A stretch of 64,000 bases of DNA from a bacterium (GCA_040756235.1 JBFLZG010000126.1:128001-192000); one strand, 5' to 3'. Counted from the first letter of the stretch, positions 38,483 through 47,832 are shown. Program-made: numbers and translations. The notes: generated from the sequence alone by a model not told the origin.

Positions 38483-40246
38483 TCAAGGAACCTCGTAGAT
38501 GACGACCTCTCCGCCTCGGAGCGAGGAGGCGACCCGCCAGTCGGGCTTGACCGACTTCTCTATGTCCGGATAGTTCACGAACGTTGAATATTTCGCAACC
38601 GGCTCCCGCAGCTGGATCATGAGGCTGCGGGCACGTCGATTGTAGACCAGGTAGGCCCCCCGGAGGCTTGCCAGGTCAACCCCTTCGAAGCTGACGAAAC
38701 GTTCCGGCTCTCGATACGCGGTCAGGAAATCGAGGAACTTCTTCATCCTGGGGTCCACGTACGTGACCTTGGGGGGTAGCTCACGGAGGGCGCGGAAGGC
38801 TTCTTTCTCCAGGCTCGGGAAGGCACGGGTGCCGATCAGACAGAAGGAGACCGAGGAGAGGGCGAGGAAACCGGCTGCGAGCACAGGCAGGAGCTGCGTG
38901 AGCCATCTCTCCCGGCCGGTCCTCTCGCCGACCCAGGCGCGGCTCGCCGCCAAGCCGAAGAACACGGCGCAGGCCGCTGCCGACATTGCCAGGTAGGCGG
39001 TAAAGAGCCCGATGACGATTTCCAGACTGGCTCGATCGAGCAGCGGGGTCTTCAGGCGGAACAGGGCTGCGAGCGCCCCGACGACAGGTTCCCGGAAGAC
39101 CGTGCTGGCGCCTGCGGCAACGAGACCGGTGGCGGCGAGAGCCACGAAGATGAAAAGGGCGGCCTTGCGCGAGCGGGTGCGCTCGAGGAAGGTCCACCTC
39201 CCGGTATCCTCGAGAAGCCGAGCGACCAAGAGCACGCCCGGGACCGAGATGAGATAGGTCCCCCGCGAGTAGAAAGGAAGCCGGGCCCCTTGGATCGAGC
39301 TGAGGTTGATCAGGACGGCGAGCAGGGCCCACCAGAAGAGCGGGAGGGCCAGCTCGCTCGGCCTTTTCAGCAGGCAATAGAAGAACGCGGGAAAAATGAA
39401 CCAATAGAAGAAGCCGAGCTGCAACGAAATCAGGCTGCCGAGCGGGAAGGTCCAGAAGAGACGCTTCAGGGAGCCGAACAGGCCTCCACTCCATTCCAGA
39501 ATGGCGCCGCTTCTGGCCGTGAGAATGTCGGCCTGGCGCGCGTAGTAGTGGAGGTGGAAGAAGGGGTCCCCGTTCAGGCGGTCGTTGACCCAGAGGTCGA
39601 AGAGGAAGACCAGCAGGAAGCCGCAGGCCAGGAAGGCATGACGCCAGAGAATCTCACGGCTGCGGAGCATGTCCGCGATACCCACGGCAGCGAAGAAGAC
39701 GCAGAGATAGCCTGCCGAGACCTTGTGCAGGTAAGCGACTCCGACGGCCAGGCCGGCCAAAAGGCTCACCAGGAATGCCGTCCGTCGCGAGGGATTCTCA
39801 GCGGCGTACACGAACAGCAGCACACTCAGGGTACAGAAGAAATTCAGCGGGGAGTCTTCGTAGATGCGGGTGGCGAACAGGACGTCGAGAGGAAAGACCG
39901 CAAACAGAAAAGACGCATACAGGGCCCCGCGGCGGCCGACCCAGCGCAGGGCGAGCCTGTACACGAGAAAAACCGTCAGAATGCTGGCAACCAGGGGATA
40001 GAGCGTGAGCGAGATCTCGGAAAATCCGAGCAGCTTGATCACCGAGGTGGTCGCGCCCAGGAACCCGGTTCTCGTGAGGAAGCCCACCCACAGCTCGTCC
40101 CCCTCGTAGGCCGGCCACGAGCCTTCACTGATCTGATGCAGCAGCTCCGATCTCTTGGTGTCGTCATAGGCGCCGGTGTAACCGGAGAAGGCGATGATTC
40201 TCAGGAGGAGAGCAAAGAGCAGGATGAGGAGCAGGGGCTTGTTCAT
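38483..40246 (-). CDS. GT-C fold membrane glycosyltransferase (ArnT/PMT_2-like)
   Basis: TM1 'ALLLR' then 'YDD'; 'FATRIYED', 'AYLHK', 'NGDPF'; many TM segments. Confidence 0.75.
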   Translation of the reverse strand: MNKPLLLILLFALLLRIIAFSGYTGAYDDTKRSELLHQISEGSWPAYEGDELWVGFLTRTGFLGATTSVIKLLGFSEISLTLYPLVASILTVFLVYRLALRWVGRRGALYASFLFAVFPLDVLFATRIYEDSPLNFFCTLSVLLFVYAAENPSRRTAFLVSLLAGLAVGVAYLHKVSAGYLCVFFAAVGIADMLRSREILWRHAFLACGFLLVFLFDLWVNDRLNGDPFFHLHYYARQADILTARSGAILEWSGGLFGSLKRLFWTFPLGSLISLQLGFFYWFIFPAFFYCLLKRPSELALPLFWWALLAVLINLSSIQGARLPFYSRGTYLISVPGVLLVARLLEDTGRWTFLERTRSRKAALFIFVALAATGLVAAGASTVFREPVVGALAALFRLKTPLLDRASLEIVIGLFTAYLAMSAAACAVFFGLAASRAWVGERTGRERWLTQLLPVLAAGFLALSSVSFCLIGTRAFPSLEKEAFRALRELPPKVTYVDPRMKKFLDFLTAYREPERFVSFEGVDLASLRGAYLVYNRRARSLMIQLREPVAKYSTFVNYPDIEKSVKPDWRVASSLRGGEVVIYEVP

Positions 40247-40264
40247 GGATCCCGCGCGGAAGCC

Positions 40265-40293
40265 TTGATTCCCGATTCTCATTTGCCTATCTT
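40265..40293 (+). promoter_or_regulatory. Sigma-70-like promoter for the small lipoprotein
   Basis: TTGATT-17-TATCTT. Confidence 0.5.
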
Positions 40294-40391
40294 GGAAAAG
40301 GCGCGCCTGGCTCGTTACGGACAGCCTCCTAACAGATCCGGGCGGTCCCGGTCAAGGCGGTCATCGCATTCCCTGGCCGCCAAGGGGGTTT

Positions 40392-40417
40392 CGCGTATTT
40401 CCCACGCGTATTTCCCA
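40392..40417 (+). repeat. 13-bp perfect tandem duplication
   Basis: CGCGTATTTCCCA x2, ending 15 nt before ATG 40433. Confidence 0.85.
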
Positions 40418-40432
40418 CTGGCCTGGAAGGCC

Positions 40433-40840
40433 ATGAAGAAATCTATCCTGATCCCCATTGTCCTCCTCCTCCTCGGGTGCGGCTCCGAGGACGTCGAGTT
40501 CGAGGGGGATGACGCTCCCACCATCTCTACGGTCGAGCTGGATCCCACCGTCTTTCCCGCGGGCTCCGGGGAGAGGATTCTGCACGGGATCTTCCTGTAC
40601 GTCGACCCGAATGCCGACCTCGAAGCCGGAGTGTTCCTCACGCGGGCTTGCGGACAGGGGGCCGAGGTGGGCCGGGAGGTTCCTTTCGACAGCATCGACG
40701 ACCGGACGACGGGCGTCTTCGTGGTTTCCCTGGCAATCGATACGGACTGCGAGGCGGGCCCTTACTCGGGCCGATTCCACGCGGTCGATGAGCGCGGAAA
40801 CCGCTCCAACGACGTGGATATCGAGTACGTGCTCCAGTGA
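40433..40840 (+). CDS. Small acidic lipoprotein, probable beta-sandwich
   Basis: 'MKKSILIPIVLLLLGC' lipoprotein signal; 'APTISTV', 'FHAVDERGNRSN'. Confidence 0.75.
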   Translation: MKKSILIPIVLLLLGCGSEDVEFEGDDAPTISTVELDPTVFPAGSGERILHGIFLYVDPNADLEAGVFLTRACGQGAEVGREVPFDSIDDRTTGVFVVSLAIDTDCEAGPYSGRFHAVDERGNRSNDVDIEYVLQ

Positions 40841-40865
40841 GCGGCGGCGGCTGGAGAAACAGCCT

Positions 40866-42614
40866 TCATGGCAAGGGTTCGATGAAGATCGGATATTCCC
40901 CGAGCTCGAGCACGAGCTTGCCGGCACGCGCTTCCAGGTCCTCGGTGGCGGGCTCGGCGACTTCGATTTCCCGGATGATGTGAGTCAGCCTTGCGCGTTG
41001 CCGGGCGAACGGGATCTCGACCCGGGCCGAGCCGACCGGCACATCGTGGTTCTGGGCAAGATGGTCGTCGTAGAAGGCGACCAGGACCTTCTTCCCGTCC
41101 CGCACGACGCACTCATACACGTAGACCTTGTCGGGCATCGGGATGCGGGTGCAGGACCGGAATCCATCGAGCTTGCGGATCAACAGCCCGTATGTGTAAG
41201 CGGCAGGCCAGGGCTTCTGCGAGCTCCAGCTCCAGAGCCCTGAGAAGCTGAGGTTGGTGCCCGCCGTCAGCCGTTTCTGGAGGTCCACCGCGTACCCGAC
41301 CATCAGCCTGTCGGCTCCGGCGCTGAGGGCTGCCATGCAGCTCTTGACGAGGTGTGCGGCCTGCATGCCGCGGTACCATGCGTTGACCGCCGCGTAATCC
41401 TTGTGACCGGGGCGGGCCAGGATCTTGCGGTACTCCAGGCTCCTCGCCGGCGCGGGGTAATTCGTGATGGAAGCCGCGTTCTTGCCCTCCAGCGGGAGAT
41501 TGCTCGCAATCTCGGCGCTCCAGACCTGTTTGCCCCGGCAGCCCAGCTCTTGCAGGAGGTTCCGGCACTGAACGATCTTGCCGAAGCTCGGCCCTCTGGC
41601 GTCCACCACGTCATAGAGATCGCAGGCACGCATGCTCTTCTTGCTGAAATCATCCGCACGCTCCACGGCCGCTTGCAGGCGTTCGTTCTCTTTGACTCCG
41701 GCGATGCGATTCTCCACGTAGGCCTTGGTGACCGGGTCCATCTCGTCATCGTAGAAGCCGCGGAATTCGCCGAAGGACACCCCTGAGAGGACGATGCGGA
41801 CGTCCGGATGGGCTTGGCGGGCCGCCTCGAGGGTTTCCCTGAGGAGCGTCCCATAATCCTCGACCGTGCCGCCCCAGAAGATCTCGTTGCAGTATTCGTT
41901 TCCCAGCTGATAGTAAAGGACGGGAAAGCGGAGGCCCGGCATGTCGTCCACGCCGTCACCGTCGTAACGCTCGACCAGAGTGTGGATGTAATGCCTGTAG
42001 TCGTCCGCATATTCGGGCTTGGGAAGGTTGTCGCTGAGCTTGTTCTTGGTGTACCACTCGACGAGACCTCCCGTGTAAACGTAGACCTCGTCCTTGGGAG
42101 GCGCCTTGGCCCAACCGGAGCCGGTGCTCAAGCCGATCAGAATGTGCACGCCGTACTGCTGCCACTGCCGCACCCCATCATCCAGGCCGGACCAGTCATA
42201 GACATGCACGCCGTCTTTCGGAGGCTTCTGCTCGATCCAGTCCCACTGCACTCTGGCAAAGGTGACCCAACGAACGCCGATCAGGCCTCCGAGGCTGTCC
42301 GCGATGGCGGGCGTCCGGTTGCGCTCTCCCAGAATGAAGACATAGTCCAGGCCAAAGGGGGACGACCAGCCCTCCTCCACATACCGTTTCCAGGCCGATG
42401 CGTCCGAAGGGTCCGGGCGCAGCAGGGGCTGCACCGGCGCGATGCCTTGCGGAGATTTCGGCAGGAGCGTGGCGGCCCCCGCAGAGCGCTGCTGTGGGTC
42501 TGGCTCCGCCCCTAGGCAGGTCGATGAGGACACGAAGAGGAGCGAAACCAGCAGCCACGTCGGCCACGGAGGCGACCGCCGCCCAACACGCCGTGCTCGG
42601 TGAGGAGAATTCAC
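40866..42614 (-). CDS. Secreted clan GH-A-like (GH5/GH39-like) protein
   Basis: Signal peptide; 'WDWIEQ', 'YDWSGLD', 'LVERYDGDGVDDMPGL', 'YYQLGNE', 'VWSAE'; C-terminal beta domain ending 'PIFIE'. Confidence 0.68.
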   Translation of the reverse strand: MNSPHRARRVGRRSPPWPTWLLVSLLFVSSSTCLGAEPDPQQRSAGAATLLPKSPQGIAPVQPLLRPDPSDASAWKRYVEEGWSSPFGLDYVFILGERNRTPAIADSLGGLIGVRWVTFARVQWDWIEQKPPKDGVHVYDWSGLDDGVRQWQQYGVHILIGLSTGSGWAKAPPKDEVYVYTGGLVEWYTKNKLSDNLPKPEYADDYRHYIHTLVERYDGDGVDDMPGLRFPVLYYQLGNEYCNEIFWGGTVEDYGTLLRETLEAARQAHPDVRIVLSGVSFGEFRGFYDDEMDPVTKAYVENRIAGVKENERLQAAVERADDFSKKSMRACDLYDVVDARGPSFGKIVQCRNLLQELGCRGKQVWSAEIASNLPLEGKNAASITNYPAPARSLEYRKILARPGHKDYAAVNAWYRGMQAAHLVKSCMAALSAGADRLMVGYAVDLQKRLTAGTNLSFSGLWSWSSQKPWPAAYTYGLLIRKLDGFRSCTRIPMPDKVYVYECVVRDGKKVLVAFYDDHLAQNHDVPVGSARVEIPFARQRARLTHIIREIEVAEPATEDLEARAGKLVLELGEYPIFIEPLP

Positions 42615-42731
42615 CTGGTCCTTCCGATCCCTTCTCCCGCCGGCAGCCTTGCATGAGAAAGCCGGGGGGGGAAGGCAAGTTTGTTGGCGATGCTTGTGGA
42701 ATCTCTCGACCCCGCAGACGGAGCCCTCCTC

Positions 42732-42760
42732 TAAGTAATGGAACCTCGATCTCCTGTCAA
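42732..42760 (-). promoter_or_regulatory. Possible sigma-70-like promoter for 40866-42614
   Basis: Minus strand TTGACA-17-TACTTA. Confidence 0.4.
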
Positions 42761-42806
42761 CCTGGACCCGTACGGGTTTCGTTTCTCAGCGACAACCAAT
42801 TTTTTC

Positions 42807-42834
42807 TTGTCTGCGGGCGAACGTGTCGTATAAT
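42807..42834 (+). promoter_or_regulatory. Sigma-70-like promoter for the triple-LbH acyltransferase
   Basis: TTGTCT-16-TATAAT (perfect -10) preceded by a T-rich UP-like tract. Confidence 0.6.
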
Positions 42835-42981
42835 GAGTCGCCTTGTGGTTCTGGAGCAGGATCAGGAATCCGTGCTCCCTTCCGCTGTCCCGGCACGAGC
42901 AGCTTGACGACGGTCCCCTTCGCCAGCCTATCCGTCGGCCGAAGGTCTGAACCGGAAAACAATCGAGGCTAGGAATCTGCC

Positions 42982-44622
42982 ATGCAGAGTCCGGTTCCTT
43001 ATCGAAAACAGGTCTTCGTGGTGGACGTACTGAGGCGGCCGGGCGAGGTTTTGAATCTTTTGCTCGAGTACCTCGTCCGCATGCTGCCGCTGCCCCCTTC
43101 CCTGGCGCTGCTGCTCCATCAGCTGCGCGGGGTCCGCTTCAAAAGACGCTCATCGGTGTACCTGCGGCCTCTCTGCAGACTCGCTTCCCGGCATCCGCGC
43201 GGGCTGTACGTGGGGGAGAACGTCTTCCTGGATCTCGGGGTCACGATCGTCACAGATCGGTTCGATCCCGGCCTTCCGGGGCACTTTTATTTTCCGGACA
43301 AAGTCGTCATTGAAGACGACGTCTTTGTCGGCATGAACGCAACCATCCTCCCGGGCGTGACCGTCGGCCGGGGTGCCTATGTCGAGCCGGGGTCGGTGGT
43401 CGCTCGGAACGTTCTCCCGTACACGCAGGTCCGGGGCTGTCCCTGCAAAACGGTGGCAACGCTGAACGCGGTGCCCCGGGGCATTCGGTTGGAGCGCAGG
43501 AGGTCTTCCGGGAAGAAGCTGCCCAGCTACCGCGCAGACGGCCTGAGCGAGGAGCTTTACCCCTACGAAAAAGGCCTGTTCCGCACCCTCTTTTCCAACC
43601 CGGGTGTGATCCTGCGAAGTCTGCTCATGCACGCCGTCTATGTCTTGCCGGTCGGTGCGCCCGCGGTCGCACGGCTTTACGCCAGGATGGGGGTCCGATT
43701 CGAGAACTGCGCGCACAACCACATCGTCCCGCCCAACTACTTCGATCACCTCAACCCGCAAGGGATCTCGATCGGGAAGCGGACCCACATGTCTTTCGGC
43801 GTGAGGCTGCTCGCGCACAAGTTCGAGCCTGAGCACCCCGGCTATTTCTATCGCAAGGCCAAGCTGACGCTGGATCGAGACATCTTCCTGGGGATGAGCG
43901 TCATCCTGGCCCCCGGGATTCGGGTGCACGATCGGACCTTCGTGGGTGCCGGCTCTACCGTTTTCGAAGACCTGTCCGCCGGAGGCTTGTTCGTCGGCAA
44001 CCCGGCGGAGCGGGTCCGCGGGACCAGACACGACAACCTGGATCCCTTCCTCACCCACGAAGAGAACAAGCTGTTCCGGGACGCGAAAGGCCAGGCTTTC
44101 AAGGTGTTTCAGTATGAGCACAGGTTCTTTCCGGTGCTGCGCCGGGATCCGAAGCGGATTCTCTATTTCCTGATCGAGTACGTTTCCAACGCCATCTTCA
44201 TCTCCACGCGGCAGAAGGTGCTGCTGCACCGAGTGCGCGGAGTGCATTTCCGTGACCCCAATGACGTCCTCATCGGCAACGGGGTGCATCTGGATCGGAT
44301 CTACCCCGGGGGCATCTTTCTCGGGAAGAACGTGACCGTGTCCGACGGCGTCAGCATCATCACCCACTACCTGGCCGTGGAGGACACCAACGGCTGCTAC
44401 TACCGGCTCGGGAAGGTCACGGTCGAGGATGACGCCTTCATCGGTGCGAACAGCCTCATCTGTTCCAACGTCACGATCGGCAGGGGTGCGATCGTTGCGG
44501 CCGGGGCGGTCGTGATGCGGGACGTTCCCCCGCACACGATCGTCGGCGGCTGCCCGGCCCGGGTGCTGAAGAAACGAGAATACGCCCGTTCGCCGGCCGC
44601 TCTTGGGGACCGGGCGGCTTGA
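42982..44622 (+). CDS. Hexapeptide-repeat (LbH) O-acyltransferase made of three tandem domains
   Basis: Three units of about 185 aa, each 'PY/QY...L..GVRF/GVHF...P.G..[VIL]G...YY/FY..K[VL].[ILV]..D.F.G...G[CN]P'. Confidence 0.85.
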   Translation: MQSPVPYRKQVFVVDVLRRPGEVLNLLLEYLVRMLPLPPSLALLLHQLRGVRFKRRSSVYLRPLCRLASRHPRGLYVGENVFLDLGVTIVTDRFDPGLPGHFYFPDKVVIEDDVFVGMNATILPGVTVGRGAYVEPGSVVARNVLPYTQVRGCPCKTVATLNAVPRGIRLERRRSSGKKLPSYRADGLSEELYPYEKGLFRTLFSNPGVILRSLLMHAVYVLPVGAPAVARLYARMGVRFENCAHNHIVPPNYFDHLNPQGISIGKRTHMSFGVRLLAHKFEPEHPGYFYRKAKLTLDRDIFLGMSVILAPGIRVHDRTFVGAGSTVFEDLSAGGLFVGNPAERVRGTRHDNLDPFLTHEENKLFRDAKGQAFKVFQYEHRFFPVLRRDPKRILYFLIEYVSNAIFISTRQKVLLHRVRGVHFRDPNDVLIGNGVHLDRIYPGGIFLGKNVTVSDGVSIITHYLAVEDTNGCYYRLGKVTVEDDAFIGANSLICSNVTIGRGAIVAAGAVVMRDVPPHTIVGGCPARVLKKREYARSPAALGDRAA

Positions 44623-44651
44623 CCGAGGGGGGCCAGCCTGTCTCACTGCTA

Positions 44652-44681
44652 TTTACTTGTGCTGCGGAAATTCGTTAAAGT
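44652..44681 (+). promoter_or_regulatory. Possible sigma-70-like promoter for the second export operon
   Basis: TTTACT-18-TAAAGT in AT-rich intergenic DNA. Confidence 0.45.
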
Positions 44682-44738
44682 TACCCGGTCTCTTCCGCGA
44701 AATAAGAGAAAAGAGCATCGGCTTGTGGGGGTGGACCG

Positions 44739-45566
44739 ATGGCCGTGGCGAGGCGTCTCCCGGGATCCGGAAGGCGATCCTGTCTCATCTTCGCCGTCCT
44801 GCTTTCCCTGCAACTCCTGGACACCGGGTGCGGCCGCTGGCCCGTTCAGAAGAGGCTCTCCCCGCCCCCGAGCGTCGATGAGGCCAAAGGCGTCCGCAAG
44901 GTGAACGTGGACCCGCCCCCTCCCTACGAGTATCACATAGGGCCGGGGGACGATATCCTGGTCCGCTTCTTCTACTATCCGGACCTGCTGGAGCCCAAGA
45001 TCGAGGTGCCCAGCGAGGGCTCCATCGAAATGCCTCTGATCGGGTCGGTCCGGGTGGTCGGCTTGACGGAGAAAGAGCTCAACCGCTTGTTGCGGGAGAA
45101 GTACGCGGACCGGCTCAAGTTCCCTGACCTGGTCGCCAGGGTCACCTCGCGCAGTCGCGACGCCGTCTATCTGGACGGCGCGGTCTCCAGGGGGGCCGGA
45201 AGCATGGCCTATTTCAGCACCCTCACGCTCCTGGACGCCTTGAAACGGGGCGGAATGGGGGCCGGCGGCGCCATGCACAGCGTGATCCTCATTCGCGGCA
45301 TCAACACTCCCGACTTCCAGACCTTTCGCGTGGATGCCGTGGAGATGCTGAACGGCAAGCAGAAGGACATCTACCTGGAGCCGAACGACATCATCTATGT
45401 GCCCACGAAGTTCATCACCGACGTGAACTACTTCGTGGACCGGTATATCGACCGCGTCCTCGGCCGCCACATCGCCCCTGCCCTGGTGTTTCCACAGGCG
45501 TATCCGTACAGGGGGACGGTGGACTACGACGTGGATGTGCAACTGGTCCCCGAGGCGCAGGACTGA
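44739..45566 (+). CDS. Second polysaccharide export lipoprotein (Wza-like)
   Basis: 'LDTGC' lipobox-like; 'EYHIGPGD', 'EGSIEMPLIG', 'LTLLDAL', 'LEPNDIIYVP'. Confidence 0.85.
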   Translation: MAVARRLPGSGRRSCLIFAVLLSLQLLDTGCGRWPVQKRLSPPPSVDEAKGVRKVNVDPPPPYEYHIGPGDDILVRFFYYPDLLEPKIEVPSEGSIEMPLIGSVRVVGLTEKELNRLLREKYADRLKFPDLVARVTSRSRDAVYLDGAVSRGAGSMAYFSTLTLLDALKRGGMGAGGAMHSVILIRGINTPDFQTFRVDAVEMLNGKQKDIYLEPNDIIYVPTKFITDVNYFVDRYIDRVLGRHIAPALVFPQAYPYRGTVDYDVDVQLVPEAQD

Positions 45567-45599
45567 CGGGACCGCAACCTTCCTGAGTGACGAGACAGC

Positions 45600-46418
45600 A
45601 TGGCCTCAGAACCGACACCCCGGCCGCTGGACCCTCCGTCCATCGGCAACCGCTCGCTCGGTGGCACGAGAGACGCGGCCGAGCCGGCCCAGAGAGCGCG
45701 CGCGGGCGTTGCGGACATCGCGATCCCGGAGCGTGAAGACTTGCCTCCCATCGGCGTCCCGCCGCCCCGCTACCTGCGCGGTGCCGCTCTCGACCATTTC
45801 CTGGCATTGCGCAACAGGGTCCTGGACCAGGCGCAACGGCAGGGCGTGAAAGTCATCGGCGTGAGCAGCGCCAGGCCGGGAGAGGGCAAGACCACGGTGT
45901 CCATCTGTCTGGCTTCGGCCTTCGCCATGGCGTGCCCCCAGGGCGTTCTGCTGGTCGATGCCAACTTGCGCAAGCCCGCAATTCACCGATTCTACCGGAT
46001 GCCTCGCGCCCCCGGCCTTGCCGACGTGATCCAGGGGGACTTCGATTGGACGCGGGCCGTCACGACCGCCCATGACCTCCCGCTCCAGGTGCTTGCGGCC
46101 GGCTCTCGGCCGGCGACTTCGCCCGCGGAGCTGTTCGTCTCGAGCCGGTTTGAACAGACGATCGCGGCATTCAAGTCCCGTTTCGATTTCATTCTGGTCG
46201 ATACTCCGAACCTGCATGCCTACCAGGACGCGGAGCTCATGGGCAAGCATTTCGACGGGACGATTCTCGTCGTCGAAAGCGATCGCACCCAACTCGCCGC
46301 TCTGCACCACGCGACCCGGCAGATGGAGGCCGCCCGGATCCCTGTTCTCGGGCTCCTTCTGAACCGGCACAAGAAGGTGCTGCCGGGTTTCCTGGAGCGT
46401 TACCTGGGCGTGGAGTGA
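45600..46418 (+). CDS. Stand-alone CpsD/CapB-type BY-kinase/ATPase domain
   Basis: 'SSARPGEGKTT', 'LVDANLRKP', 'PGLAD', 'LVDTP', 'LGLLLN'. Confidence 0.85.
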   Translation: MASEPTPRPLDPPSIGNRSLGGTRDAAEPAQRARAGVADIAIPEREDLPPIGVPPPRYLRGAALDHFLALRNRVLDQAQRQGVKVIGVSSARPGEGKTTVSICLASAFAMACPQGVLLVDANLRKPAIHRFYRMPRAPGLADVIQGDFDWTRAVTTAHDLPLQVLAAGSRPATSPAELFVSSRFEQTIAAFKSRFDFILVDTPNLHAYQDAELMGKHFDGTILVVESDRTQLAALHHATRQMEAARIPVLGLLLNRHKKVLPGFLERYLGVE

Positions 46419-46446
46419 AGCCACCTACTCGAGGTCACAACCCAGC

Positions 46447-47832
46447 ATGCCGACGATCGACTACGAGACTCCGAAGAGGGTTTTCCTGCACTACGTTTTC
46501 CATGTCCTGTTCAAACGGAAAGGCCTCATCATCTGGGGTTTTCTGCTGGTCTTCCTGTCCATGAACCTGGCCATCCAGCTCTCCTACCCCGTGTACCTGG
46601 GCACGGCCAAGGTATGGGTCCACAAGACTTCGACCCAGCAGATCAACTTCTTCCCCGACATTCAGACGCCTCCCATCACGTTCAGCCCGATCTCCCAGGG
46701 CGTGAACTGGATCGAGTTTCTCAACGGCAAACAGATGGCGATGGACATCGTCGAAGAATTCGGGCTCGAGGCGTACTACCGCAACCGGAACGAGCGGCCC
46801 GCGAACTTCCGCGAGAGGTTCTGGCACGGCGTCAACCAGGTTTTCAACTATCCTTACCAGACCCTCGTGCGCATGGGGGTGCTCCCTCCCCTGGAGCCGC
46901 AAGACTACTTCCTGAGGGCGACCCAATCCGTCCTGAACGACATGGAGTCTCTCGACCTGGTCGGTCTCCAGACCGACATCCTGACCTTGTCCGTCTACGG
47001 CCCCACTCCCGAGCTGGCCCAGGGCATTGCCAACCACCTGGCTCGCTCGCTCGCGAACAAAGTGGTCGACGTCGAGCAGAACCGCGCCCGCTTTGCTCTG
47101 GAGTATGCCAAGCAGCACCTGGACGAGATCACTTCAGGGCTTTCGGCCGCCGAGCAGGAGCTGACCGCCTACCAGCGGGAGCAGGGCGTTCTCAACCTGA
47201 AGGAGCAGCAGCTTCTGCAGGTCACGCGCGCGGACAATCTGGCGACCCAGATCGAGACCCTGGAGGTGGAGCGCGAGAAGCTGCTGGGAAAGCTGGAGGG
47301 CCTTCAGCAGGAAGTCGAGGACCAGAGAAGGGAGTTCGTGTCGCAGGTCTTGCTGCAGAGGGCCCTGAGCCAGATCCAGGACCTCAACGTGGAGCTCTCC
47401 ATGCATGAGAAGAACCTGAAGATCGCACAGGAGCAGTACCAGGCTGCCCTGGAGAAGGCCCAAGGCCTGATCTCGGCCGAATTCGTGTTGAAGCGGCTGG
47501 AACGGGAGGCCAACACCTATTCCCAGATGTGGAGCCTGTTTCAGGATCGCATGGCGAAGCTGGAGATCGAGACGGTGTCGCGCCTGAAAGAGATTTCCAT
47601 GGAGGTGATCGACCCCGCTTACGTTTCTCAAAACGCAAATCCTGTCTGGCCCCGGACACGCGACCTGACGTCCCTCGGCATCCTCGGGGGAACCGTCCTC
47701 GGACTGTTTCTCGCCTTCATGGCGGAGTACTTCCACGACAGCGTGCGCACGGTCCGGGAGGCTGAAGAAGAGCTGAAGCTTCCGGTCCTCGGTTCGATCC
47801 CGGAGCTCAGACGCATGGCCCGGCGAGCGTAG
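46447..47832 (+). CDS. Wzz/GumC-type co-polymerase without kinase domain
   Basis: 'VLFKRK' plus TM1, coiled coil, 'VIDPA...PVWP' plus TM2, 'EYFHDSVRT', 'LPVLGSIPE'. Confidence 0.85.
   Translation: MPTIDYETPKRVFLHYVFHVLFKRKGLIIWGFLLVFLSMNLAIQLSYPVYLGTAKVWVHKTSTQQINFFPDIQTPPITFSPISQGVNWIEFLNGKQMAMDIVEEFGLEAYYRNRNERPANFRERFWHGVNQVFNYPYQTLVRMGVLPPLEPQDYFLRATQSVLNDMESLDLVGLQTDILTLSVYGPTPELAQGIANHLARSLANKVVDVEQNRARFALEYAKQHLDEITSGLSAAEQELTAYQREQGVLNLKEQQLLQVTRADNLATQIETLEVEREKLLGKLEGLQQEVEDQRREFVSQVLLQRALSQIQDLNVELSMHEKNLKIAQEQYQAALEKAQGLISAEFVLKRLEREANTYSQMWSLFQDRMAKLEIETVSRLKEISMEVIDPAYVSQNANPVWPRTRDLTSLGILGGTVLGLFLAFMAEYFHDSVRTVREAEEELKLPVLGSIPELRRMARRA

Noticed and set aside
42664..42671. Intergenic G8 run as a phase-variation tract
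   Set aside because: Lies in a leader outside the -35/-10 spacer and coding sequence; no evident effect.
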